From Citrobacter amalonaticus (GTDB lineage Bacteria > Pseudomonadota > Gammaproteobacteria > Enterobacterales > Enterobacteriaceae), in NCBI RefSeq assembly GCF_002918555.1, contig NZ_PQMB01000003.1, positions 991,458 to 1,055,457 on the forward strand: a stretch of DNA of 64,000 bases, read 5' to 3'. The notes beneath the pieces were generated by a model, which was given only the letters and a program-made list of their open reading frames with translations, had not been told where the DNA came from and ran no database searches. The position numbers and the translations under genes were made by a program. This document shows positions 52,747 to 64,000 of the stretch, piece by piece (position 1 is the stretch's first letter; each line of letters starts with the position of its first letter).

Positions 52747-53358
52747 TTACATGTAGACGACGCTGAAGGTGGCTACCGTTTCTATACCACCGGCAGTGAC
52801 ATCAGCAGGTTGAGCAGCTGTCTGAACATAACGGGTTTCAAAACTGTAGGTCTGCGCACCCGTTTTAGGGTCTTTATAATCCGCGTCCGCCAGGGCGTTC
52901 AGGTCCATCAGCAAATCGCTCCCCCCCACCTTGGTGAAGCCCATCTGGATGCCCTTAGCAGCAATATCCATGGTATTCACAGACTGCAGCAGGCTGTTGG
53001 TATAGGTGCTGGTACCCGCATCAGCGTAACCAGTAGAGTCAAAGCTGACCGCCAATCTGGTCTTACCTGATGGCAACGTGCAACCATCCAGAGTAATATT
53101 TACGGTACGCATATCGCGAGACGCTTTCAGGGAAGTGCCTTTCGCGGACTTCACCTCTTTAGTCAGATCAACAGCTGCAACCGGATCGATATTCAGCAGA
53201 ATAGAAGATGGCGCACCGTTAATTGCTACAGCACAGGTTTTATTGATTACTTCACCGTTGATACGAATCTGGCCATCTGCCGCCATTGCGTTCATTGCAA
53301 TAAAACCGCCCGCAACCAGCACAGCAACCTGAGAAATTTTACGAACTGAATAATGCAT
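52747..53358 (-). CDS. Major fimbrial subunit (type 1/gamma-like pilin), 203 aa
   Basis: First gene of the operon; signal peptide, Cys pair (CAVAING...DGCTLP), C-terminal ...TFSVVYM. Confidence 0.85.
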   Translation of the reverse strand: MHYSVRKISQVAVLVAGGFIAMNAMAADGQIRINGEVINKTCAVAINGAPSSILLNIDPVAAVDLTKEVKSAKGTSLKASRDMRTVNITLDGCTLPSGKTRLAVSFDSTGYADAGTSTYTNSLLQSVNTMDIAAKGIQMGFTKVGGSDLLMDLNALADADYKDPKTGAQTYSFETRYVQTAAQPADVTAGGIETVATFSVVYM

Positions 53359-54060
53359 AATTTATAACTCCATTTACAAATAAATTTAATAAAAAACCAC
53401 GCTTCTTTCCGTGCATTATGTCGGTTTAAACAAATGCATAACGCTTCACAATAGTTAATATTTAATTCTAACTTTTGAGTCGTATTATTGCCGGAAGAAA
53501 ACGAAATTGCAATACAGGAACACCGTATAAGAATCGTGCGTTATCATTCAAAAAATATATTTATCATTTATTTTCATAATAAAAATAAACACATACAGAA
53601 AAAAATAAATCACTTTAAATACATGATGTTAAAAAAACAATCAAGATTACCTATCACTGTGATAAGAAAAACAAATCACATTTCTCAGATTACACTCATG
53701 GAAACATCATTTTAATTGATGCATTCATAAATCAGATAATTAAAAAAATCAATAGATTTAAAAAATAGCAAACCTACTAATAAATTTGGTTATTAATCTC
53801 TAATATCCACTTTTACTTCAAACCACATCCACATCATGTGAAAATATATTTCACATTACTGCGACAATATTCTTATTTAAAACATCAAATTACATTTTGC
53901 TTGCCTGGGATACTTATTGGCTTATGTTACTTAGCGCCTGCTGGCAAGATTCGTTACTTCCGGCAAAAAGAGAGTATTCAAGAGGGTAACTGACTTATAT
54001 TGCTCCTGATAAGTAAAAGAAAGTCGCCATGCAAAAAGTGTTATTTAAATAACGTGACAA
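53359..54060. promoter_or_regulatory. ~700-bp extremely AT-rich region upstream of the fimbrial operon (probable H-NS-silenced promoter/regulatory region)
   Basis: Long A/T tracts (aaaaataaacacatacagaaaaaaataaatcactttaaatacatgatg...) seen directly; no convincing ORF. Confidence 0.5.
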
Positions 54061-54324
54061 AAGTGATATTACTCATCTTCGACCAGAATCATCAGGAACA
54101 CAGGCCTTCATGAGCACATTAACCATTTTTTCCGACAAAGACGCCAGCAAGTATCAGTGACGCAGCACCGACGCCGCTCAACAGTATTTATGTCACACGC
54201 CAGGGAGATTTAAGCTGATTAAGCGCGACGCCCACTCTGTCATGACAGACCATTGAGCGATTTGTGATGGACACAGTCATGAGCCACGTCAGTAAGCCGC
54301 TACACTGACGGTGGTAACATGACC

Positions 54325-54385
54325 CTCTAAATAATTCGGGTTGCAGGGAGCCAACGCACCAGCAACCTGAACCATGACGAGTAGG
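54325..54385. repeat. ERIC element copy 4 (short, centre-deleted form) upstream of pepE
   Basis: CTCTAAATAATTCGGGTTGCAGGGAGCCAACGCACCAGCAACCTGAACCATGACGAGTAG retains both ERIC termini. Confidence 0.65.
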
Positions 54386-54411
54386 TAATTTTCTGATTAC
54401 ACGGAGAAATA

Positions 54412-55101
54412 ATGGAACTGCTTTTATTGAGTAACTCTACGCTGCCGGGCAAAGTCTGGATGGAACACGCCCTGCCGTTAATTGCTGACCAGTTGAATGG
54501 TCGCCGTACTGCGGTGTTTATCCCTTTTGCTGGCGTCACGCAAACCTGGGACGAATACACGGAAAAAACGGCTGCAATCTTTGCGCCAATGGGCGTCAAG
54601 GTTACGGGCATTCACACGGCGGCCGATCCGGTTGCAGCCATTGAAAATGCGGATGTGGTGATTGTCGGCGGTGGCAATACCTTCCAGTTACTGAAAGAGA
54701 GCCGGGTGCGCGGCCTGCTGGCTCCGATTGTCGATGTGGTAAAACGCGGAGCGCTGTACATCGGCTGGAGCGCAGGTTCCAACCTCGCCTGCCCGACCAT
54801 CCGTACCACCAACGACATGCCGATTGTCGATCCTCAGGGCTTTGATGCGCTGGGCCTGTTCCCGCTGCAAATTAACCCGCACTTCACCAACGCGCTGCCG
54901 GAAGGCCACAAAGGCGAAACCCGCGAGCAGCGTATTCGCGAGCTGCTGGTTGTCGCGCCGGAATTAACGGTGATTGGTCTGCCGGAAGGTAACTGGATCA
55001 AAGTGAGCCAGGATCGGGCGGTTCTCGGCGGCCCGAACACCACTTATGTGTTCAAGGCCGGTGAAGAAGCGGTAGCCCTGGAAGCGGGTCACTGCTTCTA
55101 A
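54412..55101 (+). CDS. pepE: Dipeptidase E (alpha-aspartyl dipeptidase) PepE, 229 aa
   Basis: [41 protein letters not shown]... matches E. coli PepE. Confidence 0.93.
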   Translation: MELLLLSNSTLPGKVWMEHALPLIADQLNGRRTAVFIPFAGVTQTWDEYTEKTAAIFAPMGVKVTGIHTAADPVAAIENADVVIVGGGNTFQLLKESRVRGLLAPIVDVVKRGALYIGWSAGSNLACPTIRTTNDMPIVDPQGFDALGLFPLQINPHFTNALPEGHKGETREQRIRELLVVAPELTVIGLPEGNWIKVSQDRAVLGGPNTTYVFKAGEEAVALEAGHCF

Positions 55102-55149
55102 CCGATCTGACCGGATGACGGCGTGTACGCCATCCGGTCTTACCGCCTG

Positions 55150-56778
55150 TCAGTACTCCCGCTCGTCGTCTTCATCCGGCTGCTCCAGCACGCTGTATGC
55201 CACCGAACAGAACAGCGAGTTCAGACGCTGCATATCCCCCAACAGCCCCAGATGCAGAGAACTGGTTTCAATGCTCTGTACGTTCTGCTGATGCAGGCGA
55301 TCAACATGCGCGTGTGAATAGCGGCGATTAAGGATGCGGAAACGATGCTTACTGCGGCGCAGACGGCGGGCGCTGGCCACGTCACCCGAGAAGAAAACCG
55401 ACATCGCCAGCTGCAGGTTGCTCAGAAGCTGATCGAATAGCGCATCCAGCTCCTTTAGCCCTTCAACAGAGAACGCCCGACGCGCGGCCAGCGATTTATC
55501 TGCAATCTCGCTCCCCATTCGCTCAACGATATCCGAAGCCTGTTCAAGGTTGAGCGACATCTCAATAATTTCCGCCCAGCGCCGGGACTCCTCTTCCGCC
55601 AGCTCCTCTTTCGGCATCCGCGCCAGATAGAGTTTTATTGCGGTGTAGAGCACGTTGATATCGTCCGCCAGCTTGCGCAGTTCTTTTTCTTCGCGCGGTT
55701 CGCCGTGCATCACCTTCTTCAGCCCTTCCATCATCTGCTCCATCGCATCGCCGATGCGCAGCGCTTCGCGGGCGGCGTTGGCCAGCGCCAGCGTTGGCGT
55801 ATCCAGCGCGCTGACGTCCAGATGCTTTGGCTTCAGATGCGCATCCAGCTCCGGTTCATCACGAATGATGCGCTTGCAAAAGCGCGCCATCGGCTCGGCG
55901 AACGGCACCATTGCCAGACAACGCACGAGGTTGTAGAAAACGTGAAAGTAGATCACCAGCTCCGATTTTGGCAGCGGCAGTTTACCCATGGTGTCAGCCA
56001 AAATATGCACAAACGGCAGGATAATCAGGCTCCCCACCAGCTTAAACAGCAAACTTCCGAGCGCCACGCGGCGCGCGGCGGCGTTGGCGGCGCTGTTGTT
56101 GAGCATCGCCAGCAGGCCAGACCCGAGGTTGGCGCCAATCACCAGGCATAAGGCGACCGGAAAGGAAATCACCCCGGCGGCGGTCAGCGTTGCCGTCAGC
56201 AGCACCGCCGCGAGGCTGGAGTAGCTGACAATCGCAAACATCGCGCCAATTAACGCATCCAGCATAATGTCGCCGGTCAGCGAGGAAAAAATGACCTGCA
56301 CCCCGTTGGCCTGGGTGATCGGCGTTACCGCCTGCACAATCAGCTCCAGCGCCAGCAGAATTAAACCAAGGCCAATCCCCACTCGTCCAAGCTGTCCCGC
56401 CCGCGACTGCTTGCGTCCAAGAAAGAAAATCACGCCGATAAAAATCAGCAGCGGCGACAGCCACGACAAGTCAAAAGTGAGGATTCGCGCCATCAGCGCG
56501 GTACCCACATCGGCTCCCAGCACAATCACCAGCGCCGGTGTCAGCGCCACCAGGTCCTGGGCGACAAACGAGGTCACCAGCATGGTGGTGGCGTTACTGC
56601 TTTGTACCAGTGCAGTAACGCCAATCCCCGCGCAGAAGGCGAGCGGTTTCTTTTCAACGCTGCGACTGAGAACGGTACGCAGGCGAGCGCCGAACACGCG
56701 CATCACGCCGGTACGTACAATGTGGGTGCCCCATACCAGTAGAGCAACTGCGGAAAGCAGGTGTAGCAGAGTTAGCAC
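55150..56778 (-). CDS. yjbB: YjbB Na/Pi-cotransporter-family membrane protein with PhoU-like C-domain (542 aa)
   Basis: MLTLLHLLSAVALLVWGTHIVRTGVMRVFGARLRTVLSRSVEKKPLAFCAGIGVTALVQSSNATT... matches E. coli YjbB. Confidence 0.9.
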   Translation of the reverse strand: MLTLLHLLSAVALLVWGTHIVRTGVMRVFGARLRTVLSRSVEKKPLAFCAGIGVTALVQSSNATTMLVTSFVAQDLVALTPALVIVLGADVGTALMARILTFDLSWLSPLLIFIGVIFFLGRKQSRAGQLGRVGIGLGLILLALELIVQAVTPITQANGVQVIFSSLTGDIMLDALIGAMFAIVSYSSLAAVLLTATLTAAGVISFPVALCLVIGANLGSGLLAMLNNSAANAAARRVALGSLLFKLVGSLIILPFVHILADTMGKLPLPKSELVIYFHVFYNLVRCLAMVPFAEPMARFCKRIIRDEPELDAHLKPKHLDVSALDTPTLALANAAREALRIGDAMEQMMEGLKKVMHGEPREEKELRKLADDINVLYTAIKLYLARMPKEELAEEESRRWAEIIEMSLNLEQASDIVERMGSEIADKSLAARRAFSVEGLKELDALFDQLLSNLQLAMSVFFSGDVASARRLRRSKHRFRILNRRYSHAHVDRLHQQNVQSIETSSLHLGLLGDMQRLNSLFCSVAYSVLEQPDEDDEREY

Positions 56779-57035
56779 AGAATCAGGTTCTCCTTATCTT
56801 TATCGGTTCCTGAGGCTCATTACGTTGGCACCGTGCCTGATGGCACCGTGCTTGTCAGACCTACAAAATCTCCCGTAGGCCGGAGAAGGCGTTTACGCCG
56901 CCATCCGGCAAGCAGCCCCCGTGAACCTTCTTCCAGTATAAGGGTTTACTATCAATAAAGAGACAAGGCGCTGAAAGAGCGCCCTGTTTGTTGTAAGGAA
57001 AGATGACAGTCTGATGACTTTCCGCTGGCTATTCC

Positions 57036-57491
57036 TTATGCCGCCACGCGTTTGTGATACCACCACAGCGAACCCACTTTGCAGCATTCAGATAAGAGGA
57101 ACCCCGACAACGCCAGAACCGCTGAATGGCTACCCGTCAGATTTAAAAGTAAAGGAAGCAGTGAAACAGAGCTGGTCAACGATGCAAAGCGCAGTACTTC
57201 CTGAATCCCCAACAGGATAAAATTTAATTTATCTTTAAAAAGAAACAGATACGCAGAGTACACAAGCGATATCTTCATCAGCAAACCGACGAAGAAAAAG
57301 ATCTGGATGGCTGCGCCAGGGCCTTCACTCGCACCAAAGGCTGAAAATGTTTGATAAAAATCAACCACATCCGCATAAAAGGGAATGTTGCCGCGAAGCG
57401 CGGAAGACCAGAAATAAAGGGCCAGCGCCAGCAAATCCATCAGTCCCCAGAAAACGAGAATTTTATTTCTCGTTTTGAACAGGTTGAGCAT
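57036..57491 (-). CDS. Hypothetical small inner-membrane protein (151 aa, ~4 predicted TM helices)
   Basis: Intact ORF between yjbB and metH with a downstream hairpin (AGGCGCTGAAAGAGCGCC, 56958-56980); not part of the E. coli K-12 synteny as I recall it. Confidence 0.45.
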   Translation of the reverse strand: MLNLFKTRNKILVFWGLMDLLALALYFWSSALRGNIPFYADVVDFYQTFSAFGASEGPGAAIQIFFFVGLLMKISLVYSAYLFLFKDKLNFILLGIQEVLRFASLTSSVSLLPLLLNLTGSHSAVLALSGFLLSECCKVGSLWWYHKRVAA

Positions 57492-57565
57492 GTTATATGG
57501 CCTCCGTTGCCACAGTGTTATCGGCCAGCGCCAACCGCAAGACGGCGCTGGCTGATTGCTCCAGA

Positions 57566-60500
57566 TCAGTCCGCGTCGTAACCAAGATTCGGCGCTAACC
57601 AGCGTTCAACTTCCGCCACGCTCATCCCTTTACGGAAGGCGTAATCCTCCACCTGATCGCGCTGAATCTGCGCTACCGCATAGTACTTGCTGTCCGGATG
57701 ACTGAAATACCAGCCGGATACCGACGCCCCTGGCCACATCGCAAAGGACTCGGTGAGCTTCATCCCGGTATGCTTTTCCACATCCAGCAGCTGCCAGATG
57801 GTCCCCTTCTCGGTGTGCTCCGGGCAGGCCGGATAGCCCGGCGCCGGACGAATGCCCTGATAGTTCTCGCGGATCAGCTCCTCATTGCTGAGGTTTTCAT
57901 TCGCTGCATACCCCCAGTAGACTTTACGCACCCGCTCATGCAGATATTCCGCAAAGGCTTCCGCCAGACGGTCGGCAATCGCTTTCACCATGATCTTGTT
58001 GTAATCATCGTGCTGCGCTTCAAACGCATCTGCCAGCGCATCTTCTTCCAGTCCACCGGTGACCGCAAAAGCCCCGATATAGTCCGCTTTGCCGCTTAGC
58101 TTCGGCGCAACAAAATCAGACAGGCAGTAGTTGGCAAAACCCACCTTTTCCGTCTGCTGGCGCAGATGATGGCTGACCGTGAGCACATGGGTGCGCGTTT
58201 CGTCACGATAGATTTCGATGTCATCGCCCACCCGGTTCGCCGGGAACAGACCTACCACGCCGCGCGGATTCAGCGCTTTTTCAGCGCTCAGTTTATCCAG
58301 CATCTCGTTAGCATCTGCGAACAGGCGCCTGGCCTCTTCACCCACCACGTCATCTTCGAGGATGCGCGGATATTTCCCCGCCAGCGACCAGGTCATAAAG
58401 AACGGCGTCCAGTCGATGTAGTTGCGCAGGGTTTCGATGCTTGCTTCCACTTCCTGCACGCCCGGACGATGCGCCACCGGCGGCGTATAGCTTGCCCAGT
58501 CAAACGCCAGATCGTTATCGCGTGCCGCGGCCAGCGTTACCGGCGGGGTACGCGGTTTTTTGCGGGCGTGCTGGATACGCACGGTTTCATATTCTTTGCG
58601 GGTGCGGGCGACAAAGTCATCATGCTGGGTATCAGACAGCAATGCAGCCACCACGCCAACCGTGCGCGAGGCGTTCTGCACGTAAACCGTCGGGCCGCTG
58701 TAGTTCTGCTCGATTTTCACCGCCGTATGCGCTTTTGAGGTGGTCGCCCCGCCAATCAGCAGCGGAATGGTAAAGCCCTGACGCTCCATCTCCTTCGCAA
58801 CAAAGACCATCTCGTCCAGCGACGGGGTGATAAGCCCGGAAAGCCCAATCAGATCCGCATTCACCTCTCTGGCGGTTTTGAGAATTTTCTCCGCCGGAAC
58901 CATCACGCCAAGATCGACAATCTCATAGTTATTACACTGCAACACCACCCCGACGATATTTTTGCCGATGTCGTGTACGTCGCCCTTCACGGTGGCGATC
59001 ACCATTTTACCGTTGCTGGAACCTTTCTCTTTGCTGGCTTCGATAAACGGTTCCAGGTAAGCCACCGCCTGTTTCATGACGCGAGCGGATTTCACCACCT
59101 GCGGCAGGAACATTTTGCCCTCGCCAAACAGGTCGCCAACCACGTTCATGCCGTCCATCAGCGGCCCTTCAATCACCTCAATCGGACGGGCCGCCTGCTG
59201 GCGCGCCTCTTCGGTGTCCTGCTCGATAAATTCCGTAATACCTTTAACCAGAGAATATTCGAGGCGTTTTTTGACTTCCCAGCTGCGCCATTCCGCCTGC
59301 CGGGCATTGGCGGTGTCATCGGTTTTACTGCCGCGATACTTTTCGGCCAGATCCAGCAGGCGCTCGGTACCGTCGTCGCGGCGGTTAAGGATCACATCCT
59401 CCACCGCATCACGCAGTTCCGCGGGCAGATCGTCGTAGATCGCCAGCTGGCCCGCGTTGACGATCCCCATGTCCATGCCGTTACGAATGGCGTAGTAGAG
59501 GAACACCGCGTGGATCGCCTCACGCACCAGGTCGTTGCCACGGAACGAGAACGACACGTTGGAGACGCCGCCGGAGATCAGCGCATGCGGCAGCTCGCGT
59601 TTAATGTCTTCACAGGCGCCGATAAAGTCCTGCGCATAGTTGTTATGCTCGTCAATACCGGTCGCCACGGCAAAAATATTCGGGTCGAAGATAATGTCTT
59701 CCGGCGGGAATCCTACCTCTTCGGTAAGAATTTTGTACGCCCGACGGCAAATCTCAATTTTACGCGCGCGGGTATCGGCCTGCCCCTGCTCGTCAAAGGC
59801 CATCACCACCACCGCCGCGCCGTAGCGACGCAGCAGCTTCGCATGGTGGATAAACGTCCCGACGCCCTCTTTCATCGAGATGGAGTTCACGATGCCTTTA
59901 CCCTGAATACACTTCAGCCCTTTTTCGATGACATCCCATTTGGAGGAGTCGATCATAATCGGCACGCGAGCGATGTCCGGCTCACCGGCTATCAGGCTGA
60001 GGAAGCGCACCATCGCCGCTTCTGCGTCGAGCATCCCCTCATCCATGTTGATATCGATAATCTGCGCTCCGCTCTCCACCTGCTGGCGGGCGACGTCCAG
60101 CGCTTCGCTGTACTTCTCTTCTTTAATCAGACGCTTAAATTTCGCGGAGCCGGTAACGTTGGTACGTTCACCGACGTTAACGAACAGGCTGTCATCGCCG
60201 ATATTCAGTGGTTCCAGGCCAGAGAGACGGCAGGCAACCGGGATTTCCGACAGCTTGCGCGGCAGCAGCCCCTCCACCGCGCGGCACATTGCGGCAATGT
60301 GTTCCGGCGTGGTGCCGCAGCAGCCGCCAACGATGTTCAGGAAACCGGCTTGCGCCCATTCACGGATCTGCTTTGCCATCGTATCGGCGTCGAGATCGTA
60401 TTCGCCAAAGGCGTTTGGCAGACCGGCGTTCGGGTGCGCGGTGACATAACATTCGGCGATCCGCGACAGCTCCTGCACATACTGACGCAGCTCATCCGGT

Positions 60501-61264
60501 CCCAGCGCACAGTTCAGACCAAAGGTGAGCGCTTCGGCATGACGCAGGGAGTTATAAAATGCTTCGGTCGTCTGACCGGAGAGCGTACGACCGGAAGCGT
60601 CGGTGATGGTGCCGGAAATCATGATCGGCAGATCCACGCCCAGCGCCTCAAGTTCCTCTTTCACCGCGAAGATCGCCGCTTTGGCGTTCAGGGTATCGAA
60701 GACCGTCTCAATCAGGATCAGATCGCTGCCCCCCTCCACCAGCGCTTTGGTCGATTCGCGATAAGCCGCCACCAGCTGATCGAAGGTGATGTTACGGAAT
60801 GCCGGGTCGTTAACGTCGGGTGAGATAGAGGCCGTGCGGTTGGTTGGGCCAAGGACGCCCGCCACATAGCGCGGCTTGTCTGGCGTGCGGGCCGTCCACT
60901 CATCGGCACAGGCGCGCGCCATCTTAGCCGCTTGAAAGTTGATTTCCGCCGACAGGGATTCCATCTGGTAATCCGCCATCGCAATCGTCGTGGAGTTGAA
61001 AGTGTTGGTTTCGATGATATCCGCACCCGCCTCAAAGTAGGCGTGATGAATTGCGGCTATCACCTCCGGTTTACTGAGCACCAGCAGGTCATTGTTACCT
61101 TTCAGATCGCAGGGCCAGTCGGCAAAGCGTTTACCCCGAAAATCGTCTTCACTTAAACGGTAACTCTGGATCATGGTACCCATACCGCCGTCCAGCACCA
61201 GAATACGTTCATTTAACTGCGCACGCAGTTGTTTCACTTTGCTGCTCACACTTGCTCCCGACAA
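57566..61264 (-). CDS. metH: Cobalamin-dependent methionine synthase MetH (1232 aa)
   Basis: Near-identity to E. coli MetH along the full length (Hcy-binding, pterin-binding, B12 cap/binding [11 protein letters not shown], AdoMet domain). Confidence 0.97.
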   Translation of the reverse strand: MSGASVSSKVKQLRAQLNERILVLDGGMGTMIQSYRLSEDDFRGKRFADWPCDLKGNNDLLVLSKPEVIAAIHHAYFEAGADIIETNTFNSTTIAMADYQMESLSAEINFQAAKMARACADEWTARTPDKPRYVAGVLGPTNRTASISPDVNDPAFRNITFDQLVAAYRESTKALVEGGSDLILIETVFDTLNAKAAIFAVKEELEALGVDLPIMISGTITDASGRTLSGQTTEAFYNSLRHAEALTFGLNCALGPDELRQYVQELSRIAECYVTAHPNAGLPNAFGEYDLDADTMAKQIREWAQAGFLNIVGGCCGTTPEHIAAMCRAVEGLLPRKLSEIPVACRLSGLEPLNIGDDSLFVNVGERTNVTGSAKFKRLIKEEKYSEALDVARQQVESGAQIIDINMDEGMLDAEAAMVRFLSLIAGEPDIARVPIMIDSSKWDVIEKGLKCIQGKGIVNSISMKEGVGTFIHHAKLLRRYGAAVVVMAFDEQGQADTRARKIEICRRAYKILTEEVGFPPEDIIFDPNIFAVATGIDEHNNYAQDFIGACEDIKRELPHALISGGVSNVSFSFRGNDLVREAIHAVFLYYAIRNGMDMGIVNAGQLAIYDDLPAELRDAVEDVILNRRDDGTERLLDLAEKYRGSKTDDTANARQAEWRSWEVKKRLEYSLVKGITEFIEQDTEEARQQAARPIEVIEGPLMDGMNVVGDLFGEGKMFLPQVVKSARVMKQAVAYLEPFIEASKEKGSSNGKMVIATVKGDVHDIGKNIVGVVLQCNNYEIVDLGVMVPAEKILKTAREVNADLIGLSGLITPSLDEMVFVAKEMERQGFTIPLLIGGATTSKAHTAVKIEQNYSGPTVYVQNASRTVGVVAALLSDTQHDDFVARTRKEYETVRIQHARKKPRTPPVTLAAARDNDLAFDWASYTPPVAHRPGVQEVEASIETLRNYIDWTPFFMTWSLAGKYPRILEDDVVGEEARRLFADANEMLDKLSAEKALNPRGVVGLFPANRVGDDIEIYRDETRTHVLTVSHHLRQQTEKVGFANYCLSDFVAPKLSGKADYIGAFAVTGGLEEDALADAFEAQHDDYNKIMVKAIADRLAEAFAEYLHERVRKVYWGYAANENLSNEELIRENYQGIRPAPGYPACPEHTEKGTIWQLLDVEKHTGMKLTESFAMWPGASVSGWYFSHPDSKYYAVAQIQRDQVEDYAFRKGMSVAEVERWLAPNLGYDAD

Positions 61265-61444
61265 CGCTCAACCAGACCGAAAAAAACTCAACAAAGCATA
61301 CTGGCATAAACATGGCTGGCGTAAAAGCAAACAACAAGCAACATGAGACATGTTCAGCTTCACTCCTCCGATCAGTTCAGGAACTCTTGCATTATAATTG
61401 AATAAAACGAAAATGATTTCCACGATACAGAAAAGGAGTCTGCC

Positions 61445-62269
61445 ATGGTTGCCCCCGTTCCCGCGAAACGCGGTAGAAAACCCGCCGCTACCACTGCGCC
61501 CGCAACCGGGCAGGTTCAGTCGTTAACCCGTGGCCTGAAGCTCCTGGAATGGATTGCCGAATCTAACGGCAGCGTGGCGCTGACCGAGCTGGCACAACAG
61601 GCGGGCCTGCCGAATTCCACCACTCACCGTTTACTGACCACCATGCAACAGCAGGGCTTTGTGCGTCAGGTAGGAGATCTGGGGCATTGGGCCGTCGGCG
61701 CTCATGCGTTTATCGTGGGCAGCAGCTTTTTGCAAAGCCGCAACCTGCTGGCGATCGTCCACCCCATTCTGCGCAAGCTGATGGAAGATTCCGGTGAAAC
61801 GGTTAATCTGGCGGTGCTGGACCAGAGCGATCATCAGGCGATAATTATTGACCAGGTACAGTGTACCCAGTTGATGCGCATGTCTGCGCCCATCGGCGGC
61901 AAGCTACCAATGCATGCCTCTGGTGCGGGAAAGGCGTTCCTGGCACAGATCAGCGAAGAACAGGTCACTGGTTTGCTGCATCGCAAAGGGCTGCACGCTT
62001 ATACCCACGCCACCCTGGTGTCGCCAGTACATCTGAAAGATGACCTTGCCCAGACGCGTAAACGTGGCTACTCCTTTGATGATGAAGAACACGCGCTCGG
62101 CCTGCGCTGCGTGGCATCGTGCATTTACGATGAACATCGCGAGCCATTTGCCGCCATCTCCATCTCCGGGCCGGTTTCGCGCATTACCGACGATCGCGTC
62201 ACCGAGTTTGGCGCCATGGTGATCAAAGCGGCGAAAGAGGTCACGCTGGCGTACGGTGGGATTCGCTGA
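61445..62269 (+). CDS. iclR: Glyoxylate-bypass operon repressor IclR (274 aa)
   Basis: MVAPVPAKRGRKPAATTAPATGQVQSLTRGLKLLEWIAESNGSVALTELAQQAGLPNSTTHRLL... matches E. coli IclR. Confidence 0.95.
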   Translation: MVAPVPAKRGRKPAATTAPATGQVQSLTRGLKLLEWIAESNGSVALTELAQQAGLPNSTTHRLLTTMQQQGFVRQVGDLGHWAVGAHAFIVGSSFLQSRNLLAIVHPILRKLMEDSGETVNLAVLDQSDHQAIIIDQVQCTQLMRMSAPIGGKLPMHASGAGKAFLAQISEEQVTGLLHRKGLHAYTHATLVSPVHLKDDLAQTRKRGYSFDDEEHALGLRCVASCIYDEHREPFAAISISGPVSRITDDRVTEFGAMVIKAAKEVTLAYGGIR

Positions 62270-62312
62270 AATTTAGCCCTGCGCAATTGTCGGCCTGAGA
62301 AGCGCAGCGCCA

Positions 62313-64000
<1,688 letters not shown>

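Noticed and set aside
53488-53715. 75-aa ORF in the AT-rich region upstream of the fimbrial operon
   Set aside because: Low-complexity Lys/Ile/Asn-rich translation of an A/T tract; no RBS or homology.
56823-56852. Possible sigma54 promoter in the tandem TGGCACCGTGC repeat upstream of yjbB
   Set aside because: Orientation points away from any gene, and the -12 element is poor (TTGT/CTGA); noted only as a direct repeat.
58973-60823. 616-aa plus-strand ORF inside metH
   Set aside because: Antisense shadow of metH (GC-rich gene gives long open frames); low-complexity Arg/Gly-rich.

Overview
Enterobacteriaceae chromosomal segment (Salmonella/Citrobacter-like by protein similarity to E. coli), syntenic with, and inverted relative to, the E. 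coli K-12 ~91 min region. The core backbone is dinF-lexA-dgkA / plsB / ubiA-ubiC / malM-lamB-malK <> malE-malF-malG / xylE / psiE / yjbH-G-F-E / pgi <> lysC / yjbD-rluF / pepE / yjbB / metH / iclR / aceK. It is interrupted by several accessory insertions: (i) a GntR-regulated PTS (lactose/cellobiose-type EIICB) + Gfo/Idh/MocA oxidoreductase + unknown 288-aa protein cluster between xylE and psiE; (ii) a hexapeptide acyltransferase gene; (iii) an orphan AraA-family sugar isomerase between yjbE and pgi; (iv) a ~13.7 kb island between lysC and yjbD carrying an RtcR-family sigma54 activator divergent from a sigma54 promoter, a long leader with a tRNA T-arm-like motif and a coupled SPFH + nucleotidyltransferase gene pair, a BASS transporter, a LuxR-type regulator, an AIDA-like autotransporter with its dedicated heptosyltransferase, an EAL protein and a ToxR/ToxS-like pair; (v) a 7-gene chaperone-usher fimbrial operon between rluF and pepE. 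Four ERIC copies, REP-like elements, LexA and MalT boxes and several intrinsic terminators are visible. No IS elements, integrases, tRNA genes or CRISPR arrays were seen. The most unusual candidate is the RtcR-paralog module whose cargo is not rtcBA.
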